From assembly GCA_977017575.1 (NCBI GenBank), contig CDRNVI010000072.1:21933-85932 (forward strand): a stretch of 64,000 bases of DNA, written 5' to 3'. Below are positions 32,119 through 44,332 of the stretch, piece by piece; position 1 is the stretch's first letter; every line of letters starts with the position of its first letter. A program made the translations under genes and the position numbers. Origin of the DNA: Paramoeba atlantica. Taxonomy: Eukaryota > Protista > Discosea. Below the pieces are notes generated by a model. It worked only from the letters and a program-made list of their open reading frames with translations. It searched no databases and had not been told where the DNA came from.

Positions 32119-35100
32119 TCGTAAACCCCATCGTCTTTGGTAAGACCATCGTTTTTAGTAATTATCGTTTTTGGTAAGACTATTGCTTTTGGTAAGACCA
32201 TCGCTTTGGTAAAACCATCGTCTTTTGCAGGAATATCATCTTTTGTAAGACCATCGCTTTTGGTAGGACCATCACTTTTTATAAGAGCATCCTTTTTGGT
32301 ACGCCCATCGTTTTTGGTAAGACCATCGTTTTTGGTAAGACCATCGCTTTTGGTAAACCATCGTTTTTGGTAAGATCATCGCTTTTGGTAAGACCATCGT
32401 TTTTGGTAAGACCATCGTTTTTTGTAAGCCCATCGTTTTTTGCAAGACCATCGTTTTTGGTAACACCATCGTTTTTTGTAAGATCATCGCTTTTGGTAAA
32501 CCATCGTTTTTGGTAAGACCATCGTTTTTGGCAAGACCATCGGTTTTGGTAAGACCATCGTTTTTGGTAAACCATAGTTTTTGATAAGACCATCGTTTTT
32601 GGTAAACCATCGTTTTTGATAAGACCATCGTTTTTGGTAAGACCATCGTTTTTGGTAAGACCATCGTTCTTGGTAACACCATCGTTTTTTGTAAGACCAT
32701 CGTTTTTTGTAAGACCATCGTTTTTGGTAAGACCATCGTTTTTAGTAAGCATCGTTTTTGTTAAGACCATTCCTTTTGGTAACACCATCGTTTTTGGTAA
32801 GATCATCGCTTTTGGTAAACCATCGTTTTTGGTAAGATCATCGGTTTTGGTAAGACCATCGTTTTTGGTAAGACCATCGTTTTTCGTAAGCCCATCGTTT
32901 TTTGCAAGACCATCGTTTTTGGTAACACCATCGTTTTTTGTAAGACCATCGTTTTTGGTAACACCATCGTTTTTTGTAAGACCATCGTTTTTGGTAAACC
33001 ATCGTTTTTGGTAAGACCATCGTTTTTTGTAAGACCATCGCTTTTGGTAAACCATCGTTTTTGGTAAGATCATCGCTTTTGGTAAGACCATCGTTCTTGG
33101 TAAGACCATCGTTTTTCGTAAGCCCATCGTTTTTTGCAAGACCATCGTTTTTGGTAACACCATCGTTTTTTGTAAGACCATCGTTTTTTGCAAGACCATC
33201 GTTTTTGGTAACACCATCGTTTTTTGTAAGACCATCGTTTTTGGTAACACCATCGTTTTTTGTAAGACCATCGTTTTTGGTAAACCATCGTTTTTGGTAA
33301 GACCATCGTTTTTGGCAAGACCATCGGTTTTGGTAAGACCATCGTTTTTGGTAAACCATAGTTTTTGATAAGACCATCGTTTTTGGTAAACCATCGTTTT
33401 TGATAAGACCATCGTTTTTGGTAAGACCATCGTTTTTGGTAAGACCATCGTTCTTGGTAACACCATCGTTTTTTGTAAGACCATCGTTTTTTGTAAGACC
33501 ATCGTTTTTGGTAAGACCATCGTTTTTAGTAAGCATCGTTTTTGGTAAGACCATCGTTTTTAGTAAGGATCGTTTTTGTTAAGACCATTCCTTTTGGTAA
33601 CACCATCGTTTTTGGTAAGACCATCGTTTTTGGTAAGATCATCGTTTTTGGTAACACCATCGTTTTTGGTAAGACCATCGTTTTTTGTAAGACCATCGTT
33701 TTTGGTAAGACCATCGTTTTAATAAGCATCGTTTTTGGTAAGACCATCGTTTTTGGTAAACCATCGTTTTTCGTAAGACCATCGTTTTTGGTAAGACCAT
33801 CGCTTTTGGTAAACCATCGTTTTTGGTAAGATCATCGCTTTTGGTAAGACCATCGTTTTTGGTAAGACCATCGTTTTTCGTAAGCCCATCGTTTTTTGCA
33901 AGACCATCGTTTTTGGTAACACCATCGTTTTTTGTAAGACCATCGTTTTGGGTAACACCATCGTTTTTGGTGAGACCATCGTTTTTTGTAAGACCATCGC
34001 TTTTGGTAAATCATCGTTTTTGGTAAGATCATCGCTTTTGGTAAGACCATCGTTTTTGGTAAGACCATCGTTTTTCGTAAGCCCATCGTTTTTTGCAAGA
34101 CCATCGTTTTTGGTAACACCATCGTTTTTTGTAAGACCATCGTTTTGGGTAACACCATCGTTTTTTGTAAGACCATCGTTTTTGGCAAGACCATCGGTTT
34201 TGGTAAGACCATCGTTTTTGGTAAACCATAGTTTTTGATAAGACCATCGTTTTTGGTAAACCATGGTTTTTGATAAGACCATCGTTTTTGGTAAGACCAT
34301 CGTTTTTGGTAAGACCATCGTTTTTGGTAACACCATCGTTTTTGGTAAGACCATCGTTTTTGGTAAGACCATCGTTTTAATAAGCATCGTTTTTGGTAAG
34401 ACCATTCCTTTTGGTAACACCATCGTTTTTGGTAAGACCATCGTTTTTGGCAAGACCATCGTTTTTGGTAAGACCATCGTTTTTGGTAACACCATCGTTT
34501 TTTGTAAGACCATCGTTTTTGGTAAACCATCGTTTTTGGTAAGACCATCGTTTTTGGCAAGACCATCGGTTTTGGTAAGACCATCGTTTTTGGTAAGACC
34601 ATCGTTTTTGGTAACACCATCGTTTTTGGTAAGACCATCGTTTTTGGTAAGACCATCGTTTTAATAAGCATCGTTTTTGGTAAGACCATTCCTTTTGGTA
34701 ACACCATCGTTTTTGGTAAGACCATCGTTTTTGGCAAGACCATCGTTTTTGGTAAGACCATCGTTTTTGGTAAACCATAGTTTTTGATAAGACCATCGTT
34801 TTTGGTAAACCATCGTTTTTGATAAGACCATCGTTTTTGGTAAGACCATCGTTTTTGGTAAGACCATCGTTCTTGGTAACACCATCGTTTTTTGTAAGAC
34901 CATCGTTTTTTGTAAGACCATCGTTTTTGGTAAGACCATCGTTTTTAGTAAGCATCGTTTTTGGTAAGACCATCGTTTTTAGTAAGGATCGTTTTTGTTA
35001 AGACCATTCCTTTTGGTAACACCATCGTTTTTGGTAAGACCATCGTTTTTGGTAAGATCATCGTTTTTGGTAACACCATCGTTTTTGGTAAGACCATCGT

Positions 35101-38100
35101 TTTTTGTAAGACCATCGTTTTTGGTAAGACCATCGTTTTTGGTAAGACCATCGTTTTAATAAGCATCGTTTTTGGTAAGACCATCGTTTTTGGTAAACCA
35201 TCGTTTTTCGTAAGACCATCGTTTTTTGTAAGACCATCGCTTTTGGTAAACCATCGTTTTTGGTAAGATCATCGCTTTTGGTAAGACCATCGTTTTTGGT
35301 AAGACCATCGTTTTTGGTAACACCATCGTTTTTTGTAAGACCATCGTTTTTGGTAAACCATCGCTTTTGGTAAACCATCGTTTTTGGTAAGATCATCGCT
35401 TTTGGTAAGACCATCGTTTTTGGTAAGACCATCGTTTTTCGTAAGCCCATCGTTTTTTGCAAGACCATCGTTTTTGGTAACACCATCGTTTTTTGTAAGA
35501 CCATCGTTTTGGGTAACACCATCGTTTTTGGTGAGACCATCGTTTTTTGTAAGACCATCGCTTTTGGTAAATCATCGTTTTTGGTAAGATCATCGCTTTT
35601 GGTAAGACCATCGTTTTTGGTAAGACCATCGTTTTTCGTAAGCCCATCGTTTTTTGCAAGACCATCGTTTTTGGTAACACCATCGTTTTTTGTAAGACCA
35701 TCGTTTTGGGTAACACCATCGTTTTTTGTAAGACCATCGTTTTTGGCAAGACCATCGGTTTTGGTAAGACCATCGTTTTTGGTAAACCATAGTTTTTGAT
35801 AAGACCATCGTTTTTGGTAAACCATGGTTTTTGATAAGACCATCGTTTTTGGTAAGACCATCGTTTTTGGTAAGACCATCGTTTTTGGTAACACCATCGT
35901 TTTTGGTAAGACCATCGTTTTTGGTAAGACCATCGTTTTAATAAGCATCGTTTTTGGTAAGACCATTCCTTTTGGTAACACCATCGTTTTTGGTAAGACC
36001 ATCGTTTTTGGCAAGACCATCGGTTTTGGTAAGACCATCGTTTTTGGTAAACCATAGTTTTTGATAAGACCATCGTTTTTGGTAAACCATCGTTTTTGAT
36101 AAGACCATCGTTTTTGGTAAGACCATCGTTTTTGGTAAGACCATCGTTCTTGGTAACACCATCGTTTTTTGTAAGACCATCGTTTTTTGTAAGACCATCG
36201 TTTTTGGTAACACCATCGTTTTTAGTAAGCATCGTTTTTGGTAAGACCATCGTTTTTAGTAAGGATCGTTTTTGTTAAGACCATTCCTTTTGGTAACACC
36301 ATCGTTTTTGGTAAGACCATCGTTTTTGGTAAGATGATCGTTTTTGGTAACACCATCGTTTTTGGTAAGACCATCGTTTTTTGTAAGACCATCGTTTTTG
36401 GTAAGACCATCGTTTTAATAAGCATCGTTTTTGGTAAGACCATCGTTTTTGGTAAACCATCGTTTTTCGTAAGACCATCGTTTTTTGTAAGACCATCGCT
36501 TTTGGTAAACCATCGTTTTTGGTAAGATCATCGCTTTTGGTAAGACCATCGTTTTTGGTAAGACCATCGTTTTTGGTAACACCATCGTTTTTTGTAAGAC
36601 CATCGTTTTTGGTAAACCATCGTTTTTGGTAAGACCATCGTTTTTGGCAAGACCATCGGTTTTGGTAAGACCATCGTTTTTGGTAAACCATAGTTTTTGA
36701 TAAAACCATCGTTTTTGGTAAACCATCGTTTTTGATAAGACCATCGTTTTTGGTAAGACCATCGTTTTTGGTAAGACCATCGTTTTTGGTAACACCATCG
36801 TTTTTTGTAAGACCATCGTTTTTGGTAAACCATCGTTTTTGGTAAGACCATCGTTTTTGGCAAGACCATCGGTTTTGGTAAGACCATCGTTTTTGGTAAA
36901 CCATAGTTTTTGATAAGACCATCGTTTTTGGTAAACCATCGTTTTTGGTAAGATCATCGCTTTTGTTAAGACCATCGCTTTTGGTAAGATCATCGCTTTT
37001 TGAAAGACTGTTTTTTGTAAGACCATCGTTTTTAGTAAGCCATCGTTTCTGGTGATATCATCGTTTTTGGTACGCCCATCGCTTTTGGCAAGATCATCGT
37101 TTTTGATAGGACTATTGCTTTTCGTAAGACCATCGTTTTTGGTAAGACCATCGTTTTTGGCAAGATCATCGTTTTTGGTACGATCATCCTTTTTGGTAAG
37201 ACTATTGCTTTTGGTAAGCCATCGTTATTCGTACTATCATCGTTTTTGGTAAGACCATCGCTTTTGGTAAGATCATCGCTTTTTGTAAGACCGTTTTTTG
37301 TAAGACCATCGTTTTTCGTAAGCCCATCGTTTTTTGCAAGACCATCGTTTTTGGCAAGACCATCGTTTTTGGTAACACCATCGTTTTTTGCAAGACCATC
37401 GTTTTTGGTAAGACCATCGTTTTTAGTAGGCATGGGTTTTGGTAAGACTATTGCTTTTGGTAAGACCATCGTTTTTGGTAGGACGATCGTTTTTGGTAAG
37501 GCCATCGTTTTTGGTAAGACCATCGTTTTTTGTAACACCATCGTTTTTTGTAGGACCATCGTTTTCAGTAAGCATCGTTTTTGGTAAGACCATTGCCGTT
37601 GGGAAGCCATCGTTTTTGGTAAAGACATTGCTTTTGTGAAGCCATCGTTTCTGGTGCTATCATCGCTTTTGGCAAGATCATCGTTTTTGGTACGATCATC
37701 GTTTTTGGTAAGACTTTTGCTTTTCGTAAGCCATCGTTTTTGGTACTATCATCCTTTTTGGTAAGACCATCGTTTGTGGTAAGAACATCCTTTTTGGTAA
37801 GACCATCGTTTTTGATAAGACCATCTTTTTTTGTAAGACTAACACCATCTTTTGTAAGACCATCGTTTTTGGTAGGACCATCGCTTTTTATATGAGCATC
37901 GTTTTTGGTACGACCATCGTTTTTGGTAACACCATCGTTTTTTGTAAGACCATCGTTTTTGGTAAACCACCGTTTTTGGTACTATCATCCTTTTTGGTAA
38001 GACCATCGTTTTTGGTAAAACCATCGTTTTTGGTAAGACCATCGTTTTTGGTAAACCATCGTTTTTTGCAAGACCATCGTTTTTGGTAAGACCATCGTTT

Positions 38101-38480
38101 TTGGTAACACCAATCTTTTTTTGTAAGGGCATCGTTTTTGGTAAACCACCGTTTTTGGTACTATCATCCTTTTTGATAAGACCATTGTTTTTGGTAAACC
38201 ATAGTTTTTGGTAAGACCATCGTTTTTGGTAAAACCATCGTTTTTGGTAAGACCATCGTTTTTGGTAAGCCCATCGTTTTTGGTAAACCATAGTTTTTGG
38301 TAAGACCATCGTTTTTGGTAAAACCATCGTTTTTGGTAAGACCATCGTTTTTGGTAAGCCCATCGTTTTTGGTAAGACAATCGTTTTTGGTAAAACCAAC
38401 GCTTTTTATAAGACCATCGTTTTTGGTAAGACCATTGCTGTTGAGAAGCCATCGTTTTTCGTAACATCATCTTTTTTGGT
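32119..38480. repeat. 18-bp satellite array, consensus GGTAAGACCATCGTTTTT (~350 monomers by length)
   Basis: Directly visible. Variants include 17-mer GGTAAACCATCGTTTTT, TGTAAG.., GGTAACACC.., GGCAAG.., GATAAG.., GATCATCGC. Both edges are degenerate. Confidence 0.97.
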
Positions 38481-38509
38481 AGGCCGCTGTGAACACACAA
38501 TCGACGGAA

Positions 38510-38572
38510 GCGTCCATACCCAAGTGGTTAAGGGGCCTGACTTGAAATCAGGTGTGTTCTCACGCGCAGGTT
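38510..38572 (+). pseudogene. 3'-truncated tRNA-Ser(UGA) at the array edge
   Basis: Identical to the first 63 nt of the tRNA, then breaks in the T-loop (GGTT|gacgcgtagg). Lacks the 3' T-stem, 3' acceptor strand and terminator. Confidence 0.9.
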
Positions 38573-39815
38573 GACGCGTAGGATGTGTTCTCACGCGCAG
38601 GATGAAAGTCACGCTCAGGAAAAGTGTACCGCTTTTTAGAGCATCCTATCTCAAAATTCAAAATGACGTCAGATTTACCTCTTTCCGCCTGCACGGTGAA
38701 GGGGCGTTTTCAAAAATCTCTGGACGCGACGTTTGCATGACTTCCGTGCATGGCGTGCGTCGATTGCGAAACGCCGAACCAGCAAGCTACATCTCCTGAG
38801 TGGTCGTGCTTCGAGCGATATTTTCTGTAGAGATAGAGTTTTTCCGTTAGTGAGTATGATTGCGAATCAAAACGTGGGTTTCGCCAGTCCACTTTTTGTC
38901 CGTTCTTCCCTGAACCAAATCTTAAAAAATTTTAACCCTTTCTACTTGATGAGTGTTCTGAGCGCTCGTGGTTTGCTCTGATATTTGCTTTGGGCACTAT
39001 TTTCACATGATTTCACTGATACTATAAGCCTTCCCCTCTTCTAACGCAAGAATTTGTTGTCATCGGACATTATTTTAGTCAAACCAATGCTTGATTGCAC
39101 AAGCTTCCTGCATCTCAAGGGGGGGTGGTTGTATTTCTCTATACTTCTTTTACATTTCACCTGCTCTTCCAAGCAACAGAATCGCAGGGCGCGCGCGTAC
39201 TGTAATAGTGTGGTGGAAAAACGTCGGTTTCACACGAAACTCGCATCCACCGTGCGACCCCATTCCGTGGAGAATGATCTTTGTCTTCTTCGATACCACT
39301 GATTCCGTTAGATGCACAGGGCGTGATTTCACGTGCATCGAACAATTCCGCTAGATGTTTTACTTGGGGCAAGGCAGGGCAGCACATGAACAATGAAAAC
39401 AGGACGCACAATGGCGCGGAAAACCTTCCACGTGACACCTTCCGAAACACGTTCTGCACAATCCAGGTATAAAACAACGAATTTCTTCGCCCGGCCGTTG
39501 CAAAGACCCACCCCTTCCCGATAGATTTCGTAGCTCTGTTCAAAACGTGAACGCATCGTGCTCAACCTCTCTTCCCGACTATGTCATCGCCAAAATTATA
39601 TGTGTCACTTCTTGGTCGTTCGCACGGGCACACTCAAACCACCATTGCATTCATCAATGCGACCTACGGTGGTGGATGTCGCCTTGCTTGGGGGGGGGGG
39701 GGGGCTGTAAGGATCGTTCAGCGAGGGAAATCGTGGAGTTTCCATTATGACATGAAAAAGCAAGGTAAAGTGCACCGCTATGAACGCACAAAACTCGAGA
39801 CACACCACGACGGAA

Positions 39816-39896
39816 GCGTCCATACCCAAGTGGTTAAGGGGCCTGACTTGAAATCAGGTGTGTTCTCACGCGCAGGTTCGAACCCTGCTGGGCGCG
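39816..39896 (+). tRNA. trnS-UGA: tRNA-Ser, anticodon UGA (copy 1)
   Basis: 81-nt cloverleaf: acceptor GCGTCCA/TGGGCGC, D arm CCC..GGG with TGG, anticodon arm CCTGA-CTTGAAA-TCAGG, long variable arm GTG-TTCT-CAC, T arm GCAGG-TTCGAAC-CCTGC, G73 discriminator, followed by TTTTT. Confidence 0.95.
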
Positions 39897-41292
39897 TTTT
39901 TCCGATTCTCTTCGTTCACAAGCGTGTGGCCGCTTTTGGGCGCGCGGGAGAGACGCAACGTGAATCGCAGAAGCAATGGTACATTTTAGTGTATTTTCTT
40001 TGCTGAAATGAAGTCTTTTTGTCCTGTGTAGCAGATGACGTTTTGGCGGCAGAAACGGTGAATGAGTAGATGGCCGTGCGCGTGTCGAATGAAAAAGCCC
40101 GAAAAGTGTACCGCTTTTTAGCGCATCCTATCTCAAAATTCAAAATGACCTCAGATTTACCTCTTTCCGCCTGCACGGTGAAGGGGGGTTTTCAAATATC
40201 TCTGGACGCGACGTTTGCATGACTTCCGTGCATGGCGTGCGTCGATTGCTAAACGCCGAACCAGCAAGCTACATCTCCTGAGTGGTCGTGCTTCGAGCGA
40301 TATTTTCTGTAGAGATAGAGTTTTTCCGTTAGTCAGTATGATTGCGAATCAAAACGTGGGTTTCGCCAGTCCACTTTTTGTCCGTTCTTCCCTGAACCAA
40401 ATCTTAAAAAATTTTAACCCTTTCTACTTGATGAGTGTTCTGAGCGCTCGTGGTTTGCTCTGATATTTGCTTTGGGCACTATTTTCACATGATTTCACTG
40501 ATACTATAAGCCTTCCCCTCTTCTAACGCAAGAATTTGTTGTCATCGGACATTATTTTAGTCAAACCAATGCTTGATTGCACAAGCTTCCTGCATCTCAA
40601 GGGGGGGCGGTTGTATTTCTCTATACTTCTTTTACATTTCACCTGCTCTTCCAAGCAACAGAATCGCAGGGCGCGCGCGTACTGTAATAGTGTGGTGGAA
40701 AAACGTCGGTTTCACACGAAACTCGCATCCACCGTGCGACCCCATTCCGTGGAGAATGATCTTTGTCTTCTTCGATCCCACTGATTCCGTTAGATGCACA
40801 GGGCGTGATTTCACGTGCATCGAACAATTCCGCTAGATGTTTTACTTGGGGCAAGGCAGGGCAGCACATGAACAATGAAAACAGGACGCACAATGGCGCG
40901 GAACACCTTCCACGTGACACCTTCCGAAACACGTTCTGCACAATCCAGGTATAAAACAACGAATTTCTTCGCCCGGCCGTTGCAAAGACCCACCCCTTCC
41001 CGATAGATTTCGTAGCTCTGTTCAAAACGTGAACGCATCGTGCTCAACCTCTCTTCCCGACTATGTCATCGCCAAAATTGTATGTGTCACTTCTTGGTCG
41101 TTCGCACGGGCACACTCAAACCACCATTGCATTCATCAATGCGACCTACGGTGGTGAATGTCGCCTTGCTTGGGGGGGGGGCTGTAAGGATCGTTCAGCG
41201 AGGGAAATCGTGGAGTTTCCATTATCACATGAAAAAGCAAGGTAAAGTGCACCGCTATGAACGCACAAAACTCGAGACACACCACGACGGAA

Positions 41293-41373
41293 GCGTCCAT
41301 ACCCAAGTGGTTAAGGGGACTGACTTGAAATCAGGTGTGTTCTCACGCGCAGGTTCGAACCCTGCTGGGCGCG
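41293..41373 (+). tRNA. trnS-UGA: tRNA-Ser(UGA) copy 2, variant with C>A at the top of the anticodon stem
   Basis: Reads GGGGACTGAC instead of GGGGCCTGAC, creating an A-G mismatch. Confidence 0.85.
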
Positions 41374-42770
41374 TTTTTCCGATTCTCTTCGTTCACAAGC
41401 GTGTGGCCGCTTTTGGGCGCGCGGGAGAGACGCAACGTGAATCGCAGAAGCAATGGTACATTTTAGGGTATTTTCTTTGCTGAAATGAAGTCTTTTTGTC
41501 CTGTGTAGCAGATGACGTTTTGGCGGCAGAAACGGTGAATGAGTAGATGGCCGTGCGCGTGTCGAATGAAAAAGCCCGAAAAGTGTACCGCTTTTTAGCG
41601 CATCCTATCTCAAAATTCAAAATGACCTCAGATTTACCTCTTTCCGCCTGCACGGTGAAGGGGGGTTTTCAAATATCTCTGGACGCGACGTTTGCATGAC
41701 TTCCGTGCATGGCGTGCGTCGATTGCGAAACGCCGAACCAGCAAGCTACATCTCCTGAGTGGTCGTGCTTCGAGCGATATTTTCTGTAGAGATAGAGTTT
41801 TTCCGCTAGTCAGTATGATTGCGAATCAAAACGTGGGTTTCGCCAGTCCACTTTTTGTCCGTTCTTCCCTGAACCAAATCTTAAAAAATTTTAACCCTTT
41901 CTACTTGATGAGTGTTCTGAGCGCTCGTGGTTTGCTCTGATATTTGCTTTGGGCACTATTTTCACATGATTTCACTGATACTATAAGCCTTCCCCTCTTC
42001 TAACGCAAGAATTTGTTGTCATCGGACATTATTTTAGTCAAACCAATGCTTGATTGCACAAGCTTCCTGCATCTCAAGGGGGGGCGTTTGTATTTCTCTA
42101 TACTTCTTTTACATTTCACCTGCTCTTCCAAGCAAAAGAATCGCAGGGCGCGCGCGTACTGTAATAGTGTGGTGGAAAAACGTCGGTTTCACACGAAACT
42201 CGCATCCACCGTGCGACCCCATTCCGTGGAGAATGATCTTTGTCTTCTTCGATCCCACTGATTCCGTTAGATGCGCAGGGCGTGATTTCACGTGCATTGA
42301 ACAATTCCGCTAGATGTTTTACTTGGGGCAAGGCAGGGCAGCACATGAACAATGAAAACAGGACGCACAATGGCGCGGAACACCTTCCACGTGACACCTT
42401 CCGAAACACGTTCTGCACAATCCAGGTATAAAACAACGAATTTCTTCGCCCGGCCGTTGCAAAGACCCACCCCTTCCCGATAGATTTCGTAGCTCTGTTC
42501 AAAACGTGAACGCATCGTGCTCAACCTCTCTTCCCGACTATGTCATCGCCAAAATTGTATGTGTCACTTCTTGGTCGTTCGCACGGGCACACTCAAACCA
42601 CCATTGCATTCATCAATGCGACCTACGGTGGTGAATGTCGCCTTGCTTGGGGGGGGGGGCTGTAAGGATCGTTCAGCGAGGGAAATCGTGGAGTTTCCAT
42701 TATCACATGAAAAAGCAAGGTAAAGTGCACCGCTATGAACGCACAAAACTCGAGACACACCACGACGGAA

Positions 42771-42851
42771 GCGTCCATACCCAAGTGGTTAAGGGGCCTG
42801 ACTTGAAATCAGGTGTGTTCTCACGCGCAGGTTCGAACCCTGCTGGGCGCG
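42771..42851 (+). tRNA. trnS-UGA: tRNA-Ser(UGA) copy 3
   Basis: Same sequence as copy 1. Confidence 0.95.
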
Positions 42852-44251
42852 TTTTTCCGATTCTCTTCGTTCACAAGCGTGTGGCCGCTTTTGGGCGCGC
42901 GGGAGAGACGCAACGTGAATCGCAGAAGCAATGGTACATTTTAGTGTATTTTCTTTGCTGAAATGAAGTCTTTTTGTCCTGTGTAGCAGATGACGTTTTG
43001 GCGGCAGAAACGGTGAATGAGTAGATGGCCGTGCGCGTGTCGAATGAAAAAGCCCGAAAAGTGTACCGCTTTTTAGCGCATCCTATCTCAAAATTCAAAA
43101 TGACCTCAGATTTACCTCTTTCCGCCTGCACGGTGAAGGGGGGTTTTCAAATATCTCTGGACGCGACGTTTGCATGACTTCCGTGCATGGCGTGCGTCGA
43201 TTGCGAAACGCCGAACCAGCAAGCTACATCTCCTGAGTGGTCGTGCTTCGAGCGATATTTTCTGTAGAGATAGAGTTTTTCCGTTAGTCAGTATGATTGC
43301 GAATCAAAACGTGGGTTTCGCCAGTCCACTTTTTGTCCGTTCTTCCCTGAACCAAATCTTAAAAAAATTTAACCCTTTCTACTTGATGAGTGTTCTGAGC
43401 GCTCGTGGTTTGCTCTGATATTTGCTTTGGGCACTATTTTCACATGATTTCACTGATACTATAAGCCTTCCCCTCTTCTAACGCAAGAATTTGTTGTCAT
43501 CGGACATTATTTTAGTCAAACCAATGCTTGATTGCACAAGCTTCCTGCATCTCAAGGGGGGGCGGTTGTATTTCTCTATACTTCTTTTACATTTCACCTG
43601 CTCTTCCAAGCAACAGAATCGCAGGGCGCGCGCGTACTGTAATAGTGTGGTGGAAAAACGTCGGTTTCACACGAAACTCGCATCCACCGTGCGACCCCAT
43701 TCCGTGGAGAATGATCTTTGTCTTCTTCGATCCCACTGATTCCGTTAGATGCGCAGGGCGTGATTTCACGTGCATCGAACAATTCCGCTAGATGTTTTAC
43801 TTGGGGCAAGGCAGGGCAGCACATGAACAATGAAAACAGGACGCACAATGGCGCGGAACACCTTCCACGTGACACCTTCCGAAACACGTTCTGCACAATC
43901 CAGGTATAAAACAACGAATTTCTTCGCCCGGCCGTTGCAAAGACCCACCCCTTCCCGATAGATTTCGTAGCTCTGTTCAAAACGTGAACGCATCGTGCTC
44001 AACCTCTCTTCCCGACTATGTCATCGCCAAAATTGTATGTGTCACTTCTTGGTCGTTCGCACGGGCACACTCAAACCACCATTGCATTCATCAATGCGAC
44101 CTACGGTGGTGAATGTCGCCTTGCTTGGGGGGGGGGGGGGCTGTAAGGATCGTTCAGCGAGGGAAATCGTGGAGTTTCCATTATCACATGAAAAAGCAAG
44201 GTAAAGTGCACCGCTATGAACGCACAAAACTCGAGACACACCACGACGGAA

Positions 44252-44332
44252 GCGTCCATACCCAAGTGGTTAAGGGGCCTGACTTGAAATCAGGTGTGTT
44301 CTCACGCGCAGGTTCGAACCCTGCTGGGCGCG
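44252..44332 (+). tRNA. trnS-UGA: tRNA-Ser(UGA) copy 4
   Basis: Same sequence as copy 1. Confidence 0.95.

Noticed and set aside
32137-38612. Long repetitive ORFs (TKNDGL, MVLPKT, YQKRWS, VRPSFL repeats, up to 413 aa)
   Set aside because: They are translations of an 18-bp monomer that lacks stops in several frames. Frequent 16- and 17-bp variants switch frames at random, so no frame is preserved.
39816-39896. tRNA-Sec identity
   Set aside because: The anticodon is UGA rather than UCA, and the fold is the canonical 7/5 with a 3-bp D stem.
39897-41292. Spliced-leader, 5S rRNA or U-snRNA gene in the array unit
   Set aside because: By eye I found no CAGTTTCTGTACT mini-exon core, 5S internal motifs or U6 ACAGAGA box on either strand. 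A divergent RNA cannot be excluded without an Infernal search.
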